Below, piece by piece: positions 39,760 through 49,582 of a stretch of DNA of 64,000 nt. A model generated the notes under the pieces. The model saw nothing but the letters and a program-made list of their open reading frames with translations, was not told the DNA's origin and did no database searches. Both the position numbers and the translations under genes were made by a program. Source of the stretch: an uncultured bacterium (lineage in GTDB: Bacteria > Acidobacteriota > HRBIN11 > JAKEFK01); assembly GCA_963777505.1 (NCBI GenBank), contig CAVZQN010000010.1:1-64000 (forward strand), given 5' to 3'. The stretch's first letter is position 1, and every line of letters begins with the position of its first letter.

Positions 39760-41289
39760 CTACTTCTTTTTGAAGATGCCGCCGAGAAGTCCTTTTTTTG
39801 AAATAGGAGTTTCTGGATCAGGACCGCTTACATCGATTGAATTGATTTCACGTTTAGCAATTTCGTTGGATGGATCGAGCTGCAAACAGGATAAAAAATG
39901 TTTGCGGGCTCTCAGCTTTAAACCAGCATTTTTATAAAGGAAGCCCATATATAAATGATTTTCAGGATTTTTGGGTTCAATTTCAGCAGCTTTCATAAAT
40001 GCATCCTCAGCTTCTTTTCGCCACTGAGGATTTCTGGACAGAGAAATCCCTAATTGCCGCCAATACGCAGGTGTTTCGGGAGAAATTTGAGTCGCAGATT
40101 TCAGGAATTGAACAGCCTGATAATTATTTCCTTCATCGTATGCTTTTTGGGCCTTTTTCGCATAATCCTCAGCTGTCTTTAGCTGCGCATCACGCGTCAG
40201 ACCAGCGCCTGCGACGCCTTTGGATTCCGACATTAAAGCGCCCGTGGTTATTCTGCGTTCATTTGCAGGAGCAGAGTCATATTCACCTCGACGCTTTACA
40301 TTTTTTAATGTCTCATAAGCAACATTAATTGAAGAAAAAATAACATCGACTTTTTCCTTGAGTACAGGATCCGAAAGTCCATAGAAACGATCTGGGTGAA
40401 ATTTACGCGCTAAACCATAATAGGCACTTTTGATTTCATCAATATCGGCTCGCGTAGTGATACCAAGAACTAAATAATAATCTTGACGATCAAGACTATA
40501 ATACGCTTGCTCAATTAGAGTCTTTAATTCAGCAATACTTTCACCGCGCGCAGATTTTGCCTGAGCATCAGCTTGCGCTTTCGATACCTCTTTTGGAACC
40601 GGAATATCGATCTTTGGAAGTAGTTGATCAAGAACTTGAGAATCGACAACGCCAAAAGCCCACAATGTTGCAAGAGCCTTGCGAGTCGGTTGTTCATCAC
40701 CTGGTACCATCGAAAGTATTTCAGCAAGTGTCTGAGCTTGATCAAGCCTTGAAAGCAAGTAACCTTCCTGAACTGAGATTTTGATACGACTCGTATGCTT
40801 CATATATTCGGGAGCAAGCTTAAAAGGAATTTGCGCATTCGGAAGAAGCTCTTCAAATGAAATTTGATCTACAAATGGAGTCGCACACTCATAATACAGT
40901 TCATTAAAAGCCAAAATGCTTGTTCCTTCTTTAAAGGATTCAATCTTCAATTTGCATTCAGTAATATCCGAATTGAAAAAATCAGAGAGTATTCTCTTTG
41001 TGCCCTCAGAGAAAATCTGTTTGATACCTTCCTGGGAAAGAACAGAAGAGATGGCTGCAATTTTTGAAGCGGTATCTTTCGCTTCTTGTATAGCTGCATA
41101 CGCATCTGAAGCTCCCATTTTCAAAAGAAATGAAGTTGGAAATGCCCCAGTTTCAACGAAGTGCACTTCTTCGCCTTTGCAATAGAGATGCAATTGATCG
41201 ATTTGGGAAACAATTGTTAAACGGGCACTAAGATGGGGAAAAGTATTCAGAAGCCTTGCTGCAATTATGAATTGAGATCCCGCTTTCAT
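39760..41289 (-). CDS. J-domain + TPR protein with degenerate DUF4388-like N-terminus
   Basis: DYYLVLG..IKSAY..LARKFHPD..AYETL..YD; C-terminal TPRs. Confidence 0.87.
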   Translation of the reverse strand: MKAGSQFIIAARLLNTFPHLSARLTIVSQIDQLHLYCKGEEVHFVETGAFPTSFLLKMGASDAYAAIQEAKDTASKIAAISSVLSQEGIKQIFSEGTKRILSDFFNSDITECKLKIESFKEGTSILAFNELYYECATPFVDQISFEELLPNAQIPFKLAPEYMKHTSRIKISVQEGYLLSRLDQAQTLAEILSMVPGDEQPTRKALATLWAFGVVDSQVLDQLLPKIDIPVPKEVSKAQADAQAKSARGESIAELKTLIEQAYYSLDRQDYYLVLGITTRADIDEIKSAYYGLARKFHPDRFYGLSDPVLKEKVDVIFSSINVAYETLKNVKRRGEYDSAPANERRITTGALMSESKGVAGAGLTRDAQLKTAEDYAKKAQKAYDEGNNYQAVQFLKSATQISPETPAYWRQLGISLSRNPQWRKEAEDAFMKAAEIEPKNPENHLYMGFLYKNAGLKLRARKHFLSCLQLDPSNEIAKREINSIDVSGPDPETPISKKGLLGGIFKKK

Positions 41290-41332
41290 ATCTAATGTTT
41301 GAAGCGCTTATTAGTCCCTTTCAAAAATAACT

Positions 41333-41716
41333 GACCGAGGTTGGATTGTAAGCCGAATTTTGTATCCACCTGTAAAGGCGAATGATGATCATTCATCTGG
41401 GGAATTCGTTGCCGAATTCCTCAAGCGATCTACCCGGCAACCTACCGCATTTAAGCGGAAAAAACGGGCAATTTAAAGGCCGCCTTATTTGATCTTGCTC
41501 CATGTGGGGTTTGCCATGCCTCCAATGTCACCATTGAAGCGGTGCGCTCTTACCGCACCTTTTCACCCTTATCCGATAAAACGGACGGTATATTTTCTGT
41601 GGCACTTTCCCTGGGATCACTCCCGGTTCTCGTTAAGAACCACACTGCCCTTCGGAGTTCGGACTTTCCTCTCCCGGTACTAAGTACCGAAAGCGATCAT
41701 CCCTCCAGCCTCGGCC
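41333..41716 (-). ncRNA. rnpB: RNase P RNA (bacterial type A)
   Basis: Minus strand shows GAGGAAAGTCCGAAC, GAAAGTGCCACAGAAAA, GGTGCGGTAAGAGCGCACC, GGCAAACCCC..GGAGCAAG and ACAAAATTCGGCTTA; the termini pair as P1. Confidence 0.97.
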
Positions 41717-41802
41717 AATATTAATCCTATCATGATTCCATAATTAGAAGGATTTGGTCAGCTCTAAATATAAGGATTTGCACGACTTCTAGCAATCTAT
41801 TC

Positions 41803-41878
41803 CGGATTTCGGATTGCGGATTTCGGCCATTAGAACTATGAACCTGCAATTCGAATTCCGAAATTTCAAATTCCAAAT
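41803..41878. repeat. Heptamer inverted-repeat element (atttcgg / ccgaaat)
   Basis: cggatttcggattgcggatttcgg .. gcaattcgaattccgaaatttcaaattccaaat. Confidence 0.8.
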
Positions 41879-43270
41879 CTAGACGATTCCTTCTTTTTTG
41901 ATGGCGATTTTGTATTGTTCGAGTTTTTTATAGAGGTTGCTTCTGGGAGTTTTTATTTTCTTAGCAGTTTTGGCAATATTCCAATTGTTCTGTTTGAGTT
42001 TTTGGATCAGGAAAAGTTTTTCCGCAGTTTCCTTGAAATCCTTTAACGTTTCCAGCTGCGACAAAGAAAGATCAAGATCTTTGCCTTCTGTTTTCAATTC
42101 CACGCCTGCAGGCGATACCTCTGCAAGGTCCTGGATCGCAATCTCATTCGCGGGGCTCATTAAAATAAGCCGCTCAACAGTATTTCGAAGTTCCCTTATG
42201 TTTCCTTTCCATCGAAACTCTTTAAAACGTTCAATAACTTCAGCATTAAATGTTTTCACGGGAATATTGTTTTCACGCGAATAGAGTTCCGCAAAATGAC
42301 GTACAAGCATGGGAATATCTTCTGTTCTATCGCGAAGTGATGGAACAAAGATCGGAACTACATTCAATCTAAAGAAGAGGTCAGCGCGAAAATGTCCATT
42401 TTCAATTTCTTCTTCTAACTTCTTATTTGTCGCAGCAATGACCCTTACATTTACAACGATCAACTTTGAAGATCCAACCTTTTCAAGTTCGCCTTGCTCC
42501 AGTACGCGAAGAACTTTGGCCTGTGTACGATGGCTCATATCTCCGATTTCATCAAGAAAGATCGTGCCGCCATCGGCTGCTTCAAATTTTCCTGTTTTCT
42601 TCTCCGTTGCTCCTGTAAACGATCCTTTTTCATGGCCAAATAATTCGCTTTCGATTAGTTCTTCCGGAATTGCTGCACAATTTACTTTTACAAAAGGCTT
42701 ATCGGCTCGCGCGCTATTCTTATAAATTGCACGTGCTACAAGCTCCTTGCCGGTACCACTTTCACCACGAATTAAGACTGTAGAATTCGTGGGTGCCGCT
42801 TTTGCAATGGCATCGCGAAGTTTTTTTATTCCTTCGCTATCGCCGATCATCTGATATTTTTCTTCAACCTGAAGCTTTAGATCGCGATATTCTTCGCTGA
42901 GGCGTTTCTTTTCGACAGCATTTCTTAAAACGACCAGCAACTTATCTCTTTCAAGCGGTTTTTCCAGGAAATCGAATGCACCCCGTTTGATGAAATCGAC
43001 TGCTGTGCTCACACTTGCATGCCCTGAAATCATGATCACTGGAGATAACATGCCTTTCTTTTTCAGGACGTCGAAGACTTCGTTACCATCCATGCCGGGC
43101 ATTTTGATATCCAAGAAAATGACATCGGGATGTTCTTCTTCGATTACTTGCAATCCCTGCTGACCGGTTACAGCTGCCGTATAACGATATCCCTCGTACT
43201 CAAGAATCATTTTTAATGCTTCTTGAATATCTTGCTCATCATCAATAACAAGAACCTTAGGTTTTGCCAT
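41879..43270 (-). CDS. sigma54-interaction-domain response regulator (NtrC/NtrX-like)
   Basis: REC (DDE, LDIKMP), GESGTGKE, GSFTGA, FLDEIG, WKGNIREL, Fis-type HTH. Confidence 0.94.
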   Translation of the reverse strand: MAKPKVLVIDDEQDIQEALKMILEYEGYRYTAAVTGQQGLQVIEEEHPDVIFLDIKMPGMDGNEVFDVLKKKGMLSPVIMISGHASVSTAVDFIKRGAFDFLEKPLERDKLLVVLRNAVEKKRLSEEYRDLKLQVEEKYQMIGDSEGIKKLRDAIAKAAPTNSTVLIRGESGTGKELVARAIYKNSARADKPFVKVNCAAIPEELIESELFGHEKGSFTGATEKKTGKFEAADGGTIFLDEIGDMSHRTQAKVLRVLEQGELEKVGSSKLIVVNVRVIAATNKKLEEEIENGHFRADLFFRLNVVPIFVPSLRDRTEDIPMLVRHFAELYSRENNIPVKTFNAEVIERFKEFRWKGNIRELRNTVERLILMSPANEIAIQDLAEVSPAGVELKTEGKDLDLSLSQLETLKDFKETAEKLFLIQKLKQNNWNIAKTAKKIKTPRSNLYKKLEQYKIAIKKEGIV

Positions 43271-43320
43271 GACGTCAATATAGTCAGGATTCGTGATAGG
43301 AGTCAACGGAGGAGGTTTTT

Positions 43321-44742
43321 TTATGGTACAGCGAGCGTTAGAACCTGGTGGGCTTCGTCACGATAAACATACAATAGAAAGACTTCACCAGAGGGTGCAG
43401 ATTTCACATCCAGTTCAAATTGCATCGCACTGCCGACCGGTTTCTTGTTAACTTCGACGATGACATCACCTCTTTGCAAGCCTGATTCGTCTGCTTGTAA
43501 GCCGGTTCGCACTTGAAGAACGACAACACCAATAACTGAATCGGGAATATCAAATTCTTCGCGAAGTTCAGATGATAAATCTGCCACCTTCAAACCAACT
43601 TTATCTGGCAGCGATCTTGGCAATGGAAGTTCTGTGAATGTGCGTTCATTTCGTTCTGCAACATTTGTCTCAAGATCCAAAACCACTTTATCTCGTAAAA
43701 CTTTTAGCCGCAATGGAGTTCCTGGAACTGTATCCGCAATGATCCTTCGAAAATTCTCAACAGATTCTATTTTGTTGCCGTTCAATTCAAGAATAATGTC
43801 ATATCGCTTTAATCCTGCTTTTTCAGCTGGAGTTCCTTTTCGGACAGAAGACACGATCACGCCTTGAGACGATCCCAACCCTAATGAAGATTGAAGATCA
43901 GGAGTAATTTGCTGTGGATCAACTCCCAGGAAACCACGCGAGACTTTTCCCTTTTCCTTCAATTGGGGAAGAATTTCTTTCGCCATGTTAATAGGAATCG
44001 CAAAACCGATTCCGGTTCCTTGCGAACTAATCAATGTATTTATACCGATAACTTCCCCGCGGATATTCAAAAGTGGTCCGCCGGAATTTCCAAAATTAAT
44101 CGCAGCATCTGTCTGGATGAAACTATCAAAAATGTTTGTGTTCAAATTACGGTTCAATGCGCTAATAACTCCAACCGTAACAGTGTGGTCATAGACAAAT
44201 GGATTTCCAATAGCCATGACCCACTGGCCTGGTTTCAGTTTGTTTGAATCGCCAAGCGGAGCAGCGATAAGAGCTTTCTCGCTTTCTACTTTTATAAGCG
44301 CAAGATCGGTGTCGCGATCGGAGCCAATCATTTTGGCTACAAATTTCCGCTCATCAGAAAGTTTTACTTCGATCTTATTAGCAGATTCCACAACATGATT
44401 ACTTGTCAAAATATAACCAGCTGAATCGATGATGACTCCCGAACCAAAACCAAAGGGCTGTGCATCCTGGTCTTCATTGCGAAGATTTTCCTGGGTGTTT
44501 CGGGCTTCTTGCGTTTCGGTACAAGTAATGTTCACTACCGATGGATTCAGCTTCTCTGCGATTTCCGCAAAAGCATCAGAAAATTCACGCAAATCCCGTT
44601 GTACTGCCGGTGTGACGGAAACAGGCTGCTCGGAAGCAGTCGTAAATGAGCCTCCAACAATCACTCCAATTAGGAATGAAAGAACGGCTAAGAGTATGCC
44701 GGTAACGAGAATTGGGGATCTTTTCAGGTTCATGGATGTCAT
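43321..44742 (-). CDS. HtrA/DegQ serine protease with two PDZ domains
   Basis: TSNHV, DLAL, QTDAAINFGNSGGPL. Confidence 0.95.
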   Translation of the reverse strand: MTSMNLKRSPILVTGILLAVLSFLIGVIVGGSFTTASEQPVSVTPAVQRDLREFSDAFAEIAEKLNPSVVNITCTETQEARNTQENLRNEDQDAQPFGFGSGVIIDSAGYILTSNHVVESANKIEVKLSDERKFVAKMIGSDRDTDLALIKVESEKALIAAPLGDSNKLKPGQWVMAIGNPFVYDHTVTVGVISALNRNLNTNIFDSFIQTDAAINFGNSGGPLLNIRGEVIGINTLISSQGTGIGFAIPINMAKEILPQLKEKGKVSRGFLGVDPQQITPDLQSSLGLGSSQGVIVSSVRKGTPAEKAGLKRYDIILELNGNKIESVENFRRIIADTVPGTPLRLKVLRDKVVLDLETNVAERNERTFTELPLPRSLPDKVGLKVADLSSELREEFDIPDSVIGVVVLQVRTGLQADESGLQRGDVIVEVNKKPVGSAMQFELDVKSAPSGEVFLLYVYRDEAHQVLTLAVP

Positions 44743-44756
44743 TTAAACGATACCAC

Positions 44757-44868
44757 GGATTTATGATTTCGGATTTCGGATTCGGGCTTTGAATTCCTTC
44801 TCTTCTTGTTCATTCCTGCTCGAACAAAACTTTTATAGCCTGCAATCCGCAATCCCAAATCCGAAATC
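44757..44868. repeat. Heptamer inverted-repeat element
   Basis: ggatttatgatttcggatttcggatt .. aatccgcaatcccaaatccgaaatc. Confidence 0.82.
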
Positions 44869-44897
44869 GGGAGTGGTGGTACAATGCTACATTTGAA

Positions 44898-45227
44898 ATG
44901 ATTCAAATTGGAGTTATCCTCCTTCTACTAATAACGACTTTGATGTGGGGTTGCAAAGGGAAAGAATATACAACCGGGGAGGCGGCTTATAAGGGAGAAT
45001 GCGCGAAGTGCCACATGTTAAATGGGAGTGGTGGTAATAAGGGCCCCGATCTAACTGGTGTTTTTACAAAGCACGACGAAGGGTATGTGCGTGCATACAC
45101 AGTAGATCCAAGATCAATCAAGCCTGACAGCACGATGCCGCCAACAGAACTTGACGACAAAGAACTTGAGATGGTTATGAACTATTTACGGAAAAACGCT
45201 CAAAAACGCTCGTCGGCAAATCCTTAA
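44898..45227 (+). CDS. Monoheme c-type cytochrome lipoprotein
   Basis: Lipobox-like MWGC, CAKCH, GPDL, distal MP. Confidence 0.9.
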   Translation: MIQIGVILLLLITTLMWGCKGKEYTTGEAAYKGECAKCHMLNGSGGNKGPDLTGVFTKHDEGYVRAYTVDPRSIKPDSTMPPTELDDKELEMVMNYLRKNAQKRSSANP

Positions 45228-45274
45228 CGTCTTTGCGGTTAAAACGGAATGACATCACAAACGTTTATATTAAG

Positions 45275-47206
45275 ATGAGACTCATACGCCTCGTAAAACT
45301 CCTTCCGTATCTGCTGTTTTTTTTCCTTTGTACTTCCACAGCTTTCGCAAACATTCGTATCGACAAAAAAGTCGTAGGACTCGATGGTTACATCCGCACC
45401 GAACGCTGGATCCCTGTTGTTTTCCATCTTTCGAACTACGGTTCTGACTTTCAGGGAACTCTTGAAGTATTACGAGGCGAAACCGTTTTCAAAAAATCAC
45501 TTGACCTTGGGCCGAGATCTTCACGCAGAGTCGAACTTCTCGTTTATATGGCGAACTATTCGGAACTTTTGAGCTACCGGGTTCGAGATCTAAAAGGCGG
45601 TTTGATTACAGAAGGAAAATTGGAACAACTGACTTTGAACTATCAAGATAATCTTGTGCTTGTGATTTCCAACGGAGATTACAACCATCAATTTTTGAGC
45701 GGTGTTCCAAATCCATGGGGCGGCAAAACTTTTGTTGGCTATCTAAAGCCTTCCGAACTTTTTTCAAATACGATTGCCTACTCAAGTGCTGATGCAATTG
45801 CTATTGGATCTCTTGCCACTACTCAGCTTGATCCAGCATCCTGGCAAAGCCTGCTGCTTTATGGTGCTGCCGGCGGAACTTTGATTACGTCACCTTTTAC
45901 GGATTTTTCGGTACTTCAGGATTCATCTTTGCGAAAATTTCTTCCCTCCATCTCGCCTGAACTCACCGAAACAACTCACGGAGAATTTTTACTCAGCCGG
46001 TGGACTTCAAAAAGTACGGATCCATTTCCACTGATATCGATTCCCGCACAAAGGATTGAACCCGATGGCTCTCAACTGATTCTTGCCGAACTCACGCCAG
46101 GCGCCGGACTGATCACATCATCTCCTTTTTATAAAGGGAATATTGTCCATTTCGGTTTTGATTATTCGCGGATTCCTGAAGAAGTTAGAATTCAGTTTGC
46201 GGGATTTTGGAATGAATCCATTTTTCCATCGAGTTCGACTCCTCCCACATTTGGCGTTCCGTATCGACCGCGGTTAGAAGATAATCCACGCGTACAAAGA
46301 CACCTCTATAACATTCCTGGCTTAAAACTTCCTGATGTGAAGTGGTTTGCTTTGTTCTTTTTCGCATACCTGATGATCATTGGACCATTTCAGTATCTCT
46401 TGCTGAACTTTTTCAAGAAAAATGCAATGCTCTGGATTACATTTCCAATCATCATTCTCATTTTTACAAGTGCTGCGGTTGGTTACAGTAAGTACCGACA
46501 ATCGCGTGAAGGGAAAATTACTCAAGTTGCAGTGGTGGAAGGATTTCCCGCGCTTGGCAATCAAATTACATATCAGGTTTATGGATCAGCTGTTTCTGAA
46601 TCGGGTACGTTCGATTTTCAAGCGGTTCCTGAAAATAGTTACATAACTAAAGCGGTCCGGCAGACGATGAGTTATCAAATGGAACCCTATGTGCTTTCCG
46701 AAGATTATCCGCACACACTTTCAGGTGAGTCCTTAAGGACTTGGACATTCAGAACTTTCGACGCAATCAGTGCCCAACCGGAATCGCATGGCATTCAGGT
46801 TTCGGCTCAAATAGATGGCAACACTCTGTATGGAACGATTCGTAACAACGGATCTCATACTTTCAACGAAGCATTTTTTCTTTACAATCGTTTGAATTCT
46901 GCAACTCTCGGACCAATTGAGCGCGGTGAATCCAGGAAATTTCAAATTGAACTGAACGATCGATCAGCAATTCCAATGGCTGAGCCGCATCTACGAGCAC
47001 TGCTTGATCTTGGCAGCGTTTCGCACTCGCGGCCTCATTTCTTTTTTGGTGAAATACAAAAGGCGAGTGGAACCCTCAAAATCAATGGGAAAGAAAGAAA
47101 CACCGATTGCACAAAATATGTAGCTGTCTATGTATCGGTTGCAGAAAAAGGGCCGCCTTCTACGTGGACACCAGCATTGCTTCCTGCACCCGCATATCAA
47201 CGATGA
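45275..47206 (+). CDS. Large membrane-anchored hypothetical protein of the ABC/MoxR operon
   Basis: Signal peptide, G.DGY.R..RW.PV, GATase1-like middle, TM hairpin AYLMIIGP..WITFP. Confidence 0.82.
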   Translation: MRLIRLVKLLPYLLFFFLCTSTAFANIRIDKKVVGLDGYIRTERWIPVVFHLSNYGSDFQGTLEVLRGETVFKKSLDLGPRSSRRVELLVYMANYSELLSYRVRDLKGGLITEGKLEQLTLNYQDNLVLVISNGDYNHQFLSGVPNPWGGKTFVGYLKPSELFSNTIAYSSADAIAIGSLATTQLDPASWQSLLLYGAAGGTLITSPFTDFSVLQDSSLRKFLPSISPELTETTHGEFLLSRWTSKSTDPFPLISIPAQRIEPDGSQLILAELTPGAGLITSSPFYKGNIVHFGFDYSRIPEEVRIQFAGFWNESIFPSSSTPPTFGVPYRPRLEDNPRVQRHLYNIPGLKLPDVKWFALFFFAYLMIIGPFQYLLLNFFKKNAMLWITFPIIILIFTSAAVGYSKYRQSREGKITQVAVVEGFPALGNQITYQVYGSAVSESGTFDFQAVPENSYITKAVRQTMSYQMEPYVLSEDYPHTLSGESLRTWTFRTFDAISAQPESHGIQVSAQIDGNTLYGTIRNNGSHTFNEAFFLYNRLNSATLGPIERGESRKFQIELNDRSAIPMAEPHLRALLDLGSVSHSRPHFFFGEIQKASGTLKINGKERNTDCTKYVAVYVSVAEKGPPSTWTPALLPAPAYQR

Positions 47207-47219
47207 ACGAGACTAAACG

Positions 47220-48143
47220 ATGATACAGCTCGAAAACGTCACAAAAACTTATGGAACTTTAAAAGCAGTGGATTCTGTGACTCTAAGAATTCCGGAAGGT
47301 GAAATTTTTGGATTTATCGGGCCCAATGGCGCAGGAAAGACTACAACAATCAGAATGCTGGCCACATTGCTGGTTCCATCAAGCGGGAGTATCGAAATTG
47401 CCGGATTGAATCCGGAAGAAGAGCCGCGAGAAGTTCGAAAGTTAATTGGATACATGCCCGACTTCTTTGGAGTCTATCCTGATCTTGCCGTGTGGGAATA
47501 TCTTGATTTCTTTGGCGCTTCCTATCACATTCCTCAATCAAAACGATCTTCAATGATCGATGATGTTCTTGAATTAACAGATCTGACTGCTAAGAAGTTC
47601 AGCTTGATCGAAACACTCTCACGCGGAATGAAACAACGGCTCTGTCTTGCGAAAACGCTTCTTCATGATCCAGCCATTTTACTTTTAGATGAACCAGCTT
47701 CAGGCCTGGATCCGCGCGCCAGGATTGAGATTCGAGAAATCATAAAAGAACTAAGAAAGATGAATAAGACGGTTCTCATCTCTTCTCATATCCTTGCTGA
47801 GCTATCAGATTTCTGCACTTCTATCGGCATTATTGAAAAAGGAAAATTGATCACATCGGGTACACTTTCGGAAATTGAAAAGCGATTGAGTTCTTCGCGT
47901 ATTTTTCGTTTGACTGCGCTCGAACCTCTGGAGAGAGTTGAAGCTTTCTTGAAGTCGGAAGGATACGAAGGAGAGATTGATTCCGAAGGATTTTTTGAAT
48001 TTGCATGTAACGCTGGAGCAGAAGATGTTGCGCAGCTTTTAACAAAGCTTACGTCAAACAATTTCAGAATCACTTCTTTTTATCCTGTAAGAGAAAACCT
48101 TGAAGACCTTTTTATGAAAATCACAAAAGGAGAGGTCTCTTGA
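47220..48143 (+). CDS. ABC transporter ATP-binding protein
   Basis: GPNGAGKTT, YMPDFFGVY, LSRGMKQR, LLDEPASGLDP, SSH. Confidence 0.96.
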   Translation: MIQLENVTKTYGTLKAVDSVTLRIPEGEIFGFIGPNGAGKTTTIRMLATLLVPSSGSIEIAGLNPEEEPREVRKLIGYMPDFFGVYPDLAVWEYLDFFGASYHIPQSKRSSMIDDVLELTDLTAKKFSLIETLSRGMKQRLCLAKTLLHDPAILLLDEPASGLDPRARIEIREIIKELRKMNKTVLISSHILAELSDFCTSIGIIEKGKLITSGTLSEIEKRLSSSRIFRLTALEPLERVEAFLKSEGYEGEIDSEGFFEFACNAGAEDVAQLLTKLTSNNFRITSFYPVRENLEDLFMKITKGEVS

Positions 48144-49573
48144 ATCTGCCTTCGATCTTTTCGAATCCGCTGTTGATCAAGCAGCTTCGCGAAGAGGTAC
48201 GTTCCCGCAAAATCTTTTTCATCGTTCCTGTGTATATTGCTTTGCTTTCCATCGTTCCTTTGATTGCAGTTTCAAGTAACACCGGTACGTCATTCAATCC
48301 AGTCGATCTGGCAACATCATCAAGGATAACGATGTATTCCTTTGTCATCACAATTAGCGTTCTTCTAGGACTGGTATCGATCGTTTTTGGAGCGGCAAGT
48401 TTTACAACGGAACGGGAAAAGGCAACATATGAACTTCTGGAATTGACTCCGTTGAGCTATATAGATCTGGTTCTAGGAAAATTTCTGCATGGTTTTATTT
48501 TGATTCTTTTGATTCTTCTTACTTCCCTTCCCGTACTTGCGACGCTTTTTTTTATGGGAGGGCTTGCTTACAGCGATCTTTTGTTAAGCCTTTTTTATCT
48601 CACTATATTTTTTTCAGCGGTACTTCTGGGCACGATCTGCGTTTCGATTGTCTCTTCGCGAACGATCCTGAGCATTATTCTTTCGTTAGCATTAGGCTTT
48701 GTGGTGGCAGTGCTTGCAGGAGTGTTGACAACTGCTGTGTCGCGTCAACCTCGTTGGCTTGGGTTTGCGGTATTTTCACCCTGGCTGGTAACGTGGCAGC
48801 AAATTTTCGATCCGACTCCGCTGAAACTTGCAGGTCAAATTGTTCCGATCTGGCCACTTTATCTCGGCTTGTATTTGTTGGTTGGCCTTTTGTTCGTTTG
48901 TTGGGGACGAAATGCCCTGGATAGCCGTAAGCTTGAACGGAATCCGTGGGTGCGGCTCATTACTCTGCTTCTTTTCAATTCATATTTATTAATTGGAGTG
49001 CTTTGCTGGCGCTCTCATGGTCCTATCAACAAAAATGCAATTTCTGATTTTTTTGATGCGATGATGATTCTATTAATGTTCACGTTGCCCTGTTTCGCGA
49101 TGGGTACTTTGACAGATCGTGATCACACCCGGTTCTTTAAAAAACCACTTCTTGAATCATTGAATTTTCGCCGCGTGCTTATGAATGATCCGTTAACCGG
49201 GATGCTTTTCCTGATGTTGAGTGTGCTTATTGTTGGGCTTAACTTCGCAATTGCGTCTGGCGCAGGGATTAAGATGGTTTCCGAATTTGCATTTATTCCA
49301 TTTATCTGGATTATGCCGTGGTTCCTTATCTTTATTGCGTTACGACTCTGTGGATTCCGTCCGCGAGGCTTATTTATTGCGTATGTGCTTGGCGCTATTC
49401 TCTATGTAATTATTGCCGCGTTCGATACAAATCCTCCTCCTGCTGGATTCACTGAATTTCTTATTGGTAGCTACAGAATTGCATTTCCATGGATCATCGC
49501 AGTTCCATTTTTTATTGTAGCCAGGATCTGGTCTTCTCGCCGGTTAAAAGCCTCCTCGACAGGAGTCGTATAA
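48140..49573 (+). CDS. ABC-2 type permease
   Basis: NPLLIKQLR, EREKATYELLELTPL..LGK, many TM segments. Confidence 0.9.
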   Translation: MNLPSIFSNPLLIKQLREEVRSRKIFFIVPVYIALLSIVPLIAVSSNTGTSFNPVDLATSSRITMYSFVITISVLLGLVSIVFGAASFTTEREKATYELLELTPLSYIDLVLGKFLHGFILILLILLTSLPVLATLFFMGGLAYSDLLLSLFYLTIFFSAVLLGTICVSIVSSRTILSIILSLALGFVVAVLAGVLTTAVSRQPRWLGFAVFSPWLVTWQQIFDPTPLKLAGQIVPIWPLYLGLYLLVGLLFVCWGRNALDSRKLERNPWVRLITLLLFNSYLLIGVLCWRSHGPINKNAISDFFDAMMILLMFTLPCFAMGTLTDRDHTRFFKKPLLESLNFRRVLMNDPLTGMLFLMLSVLIVGLNFAIASGAGIKMVSEFAFIPFIWIMPWFLIFIALRLCGFRPRGLFIAYVLGAILYVIIAAFDTNPPPAGFTEFLIGSYRIAFPWIIAVPFFIVARIWSSRRLKASSTGVV

Positions 49574-49582
49574 AATATTGAT

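Noticed and set aside
41489-41724. Two short plus-strand ORFs
   Set aside because: They lie antisense to rnpB.
45233-45274. TTG start for the 657-aa ORF
   Set aside because: It falls in a ctttgcggtt repeat remnant; ATG 45275 gives a normal signal peptide.
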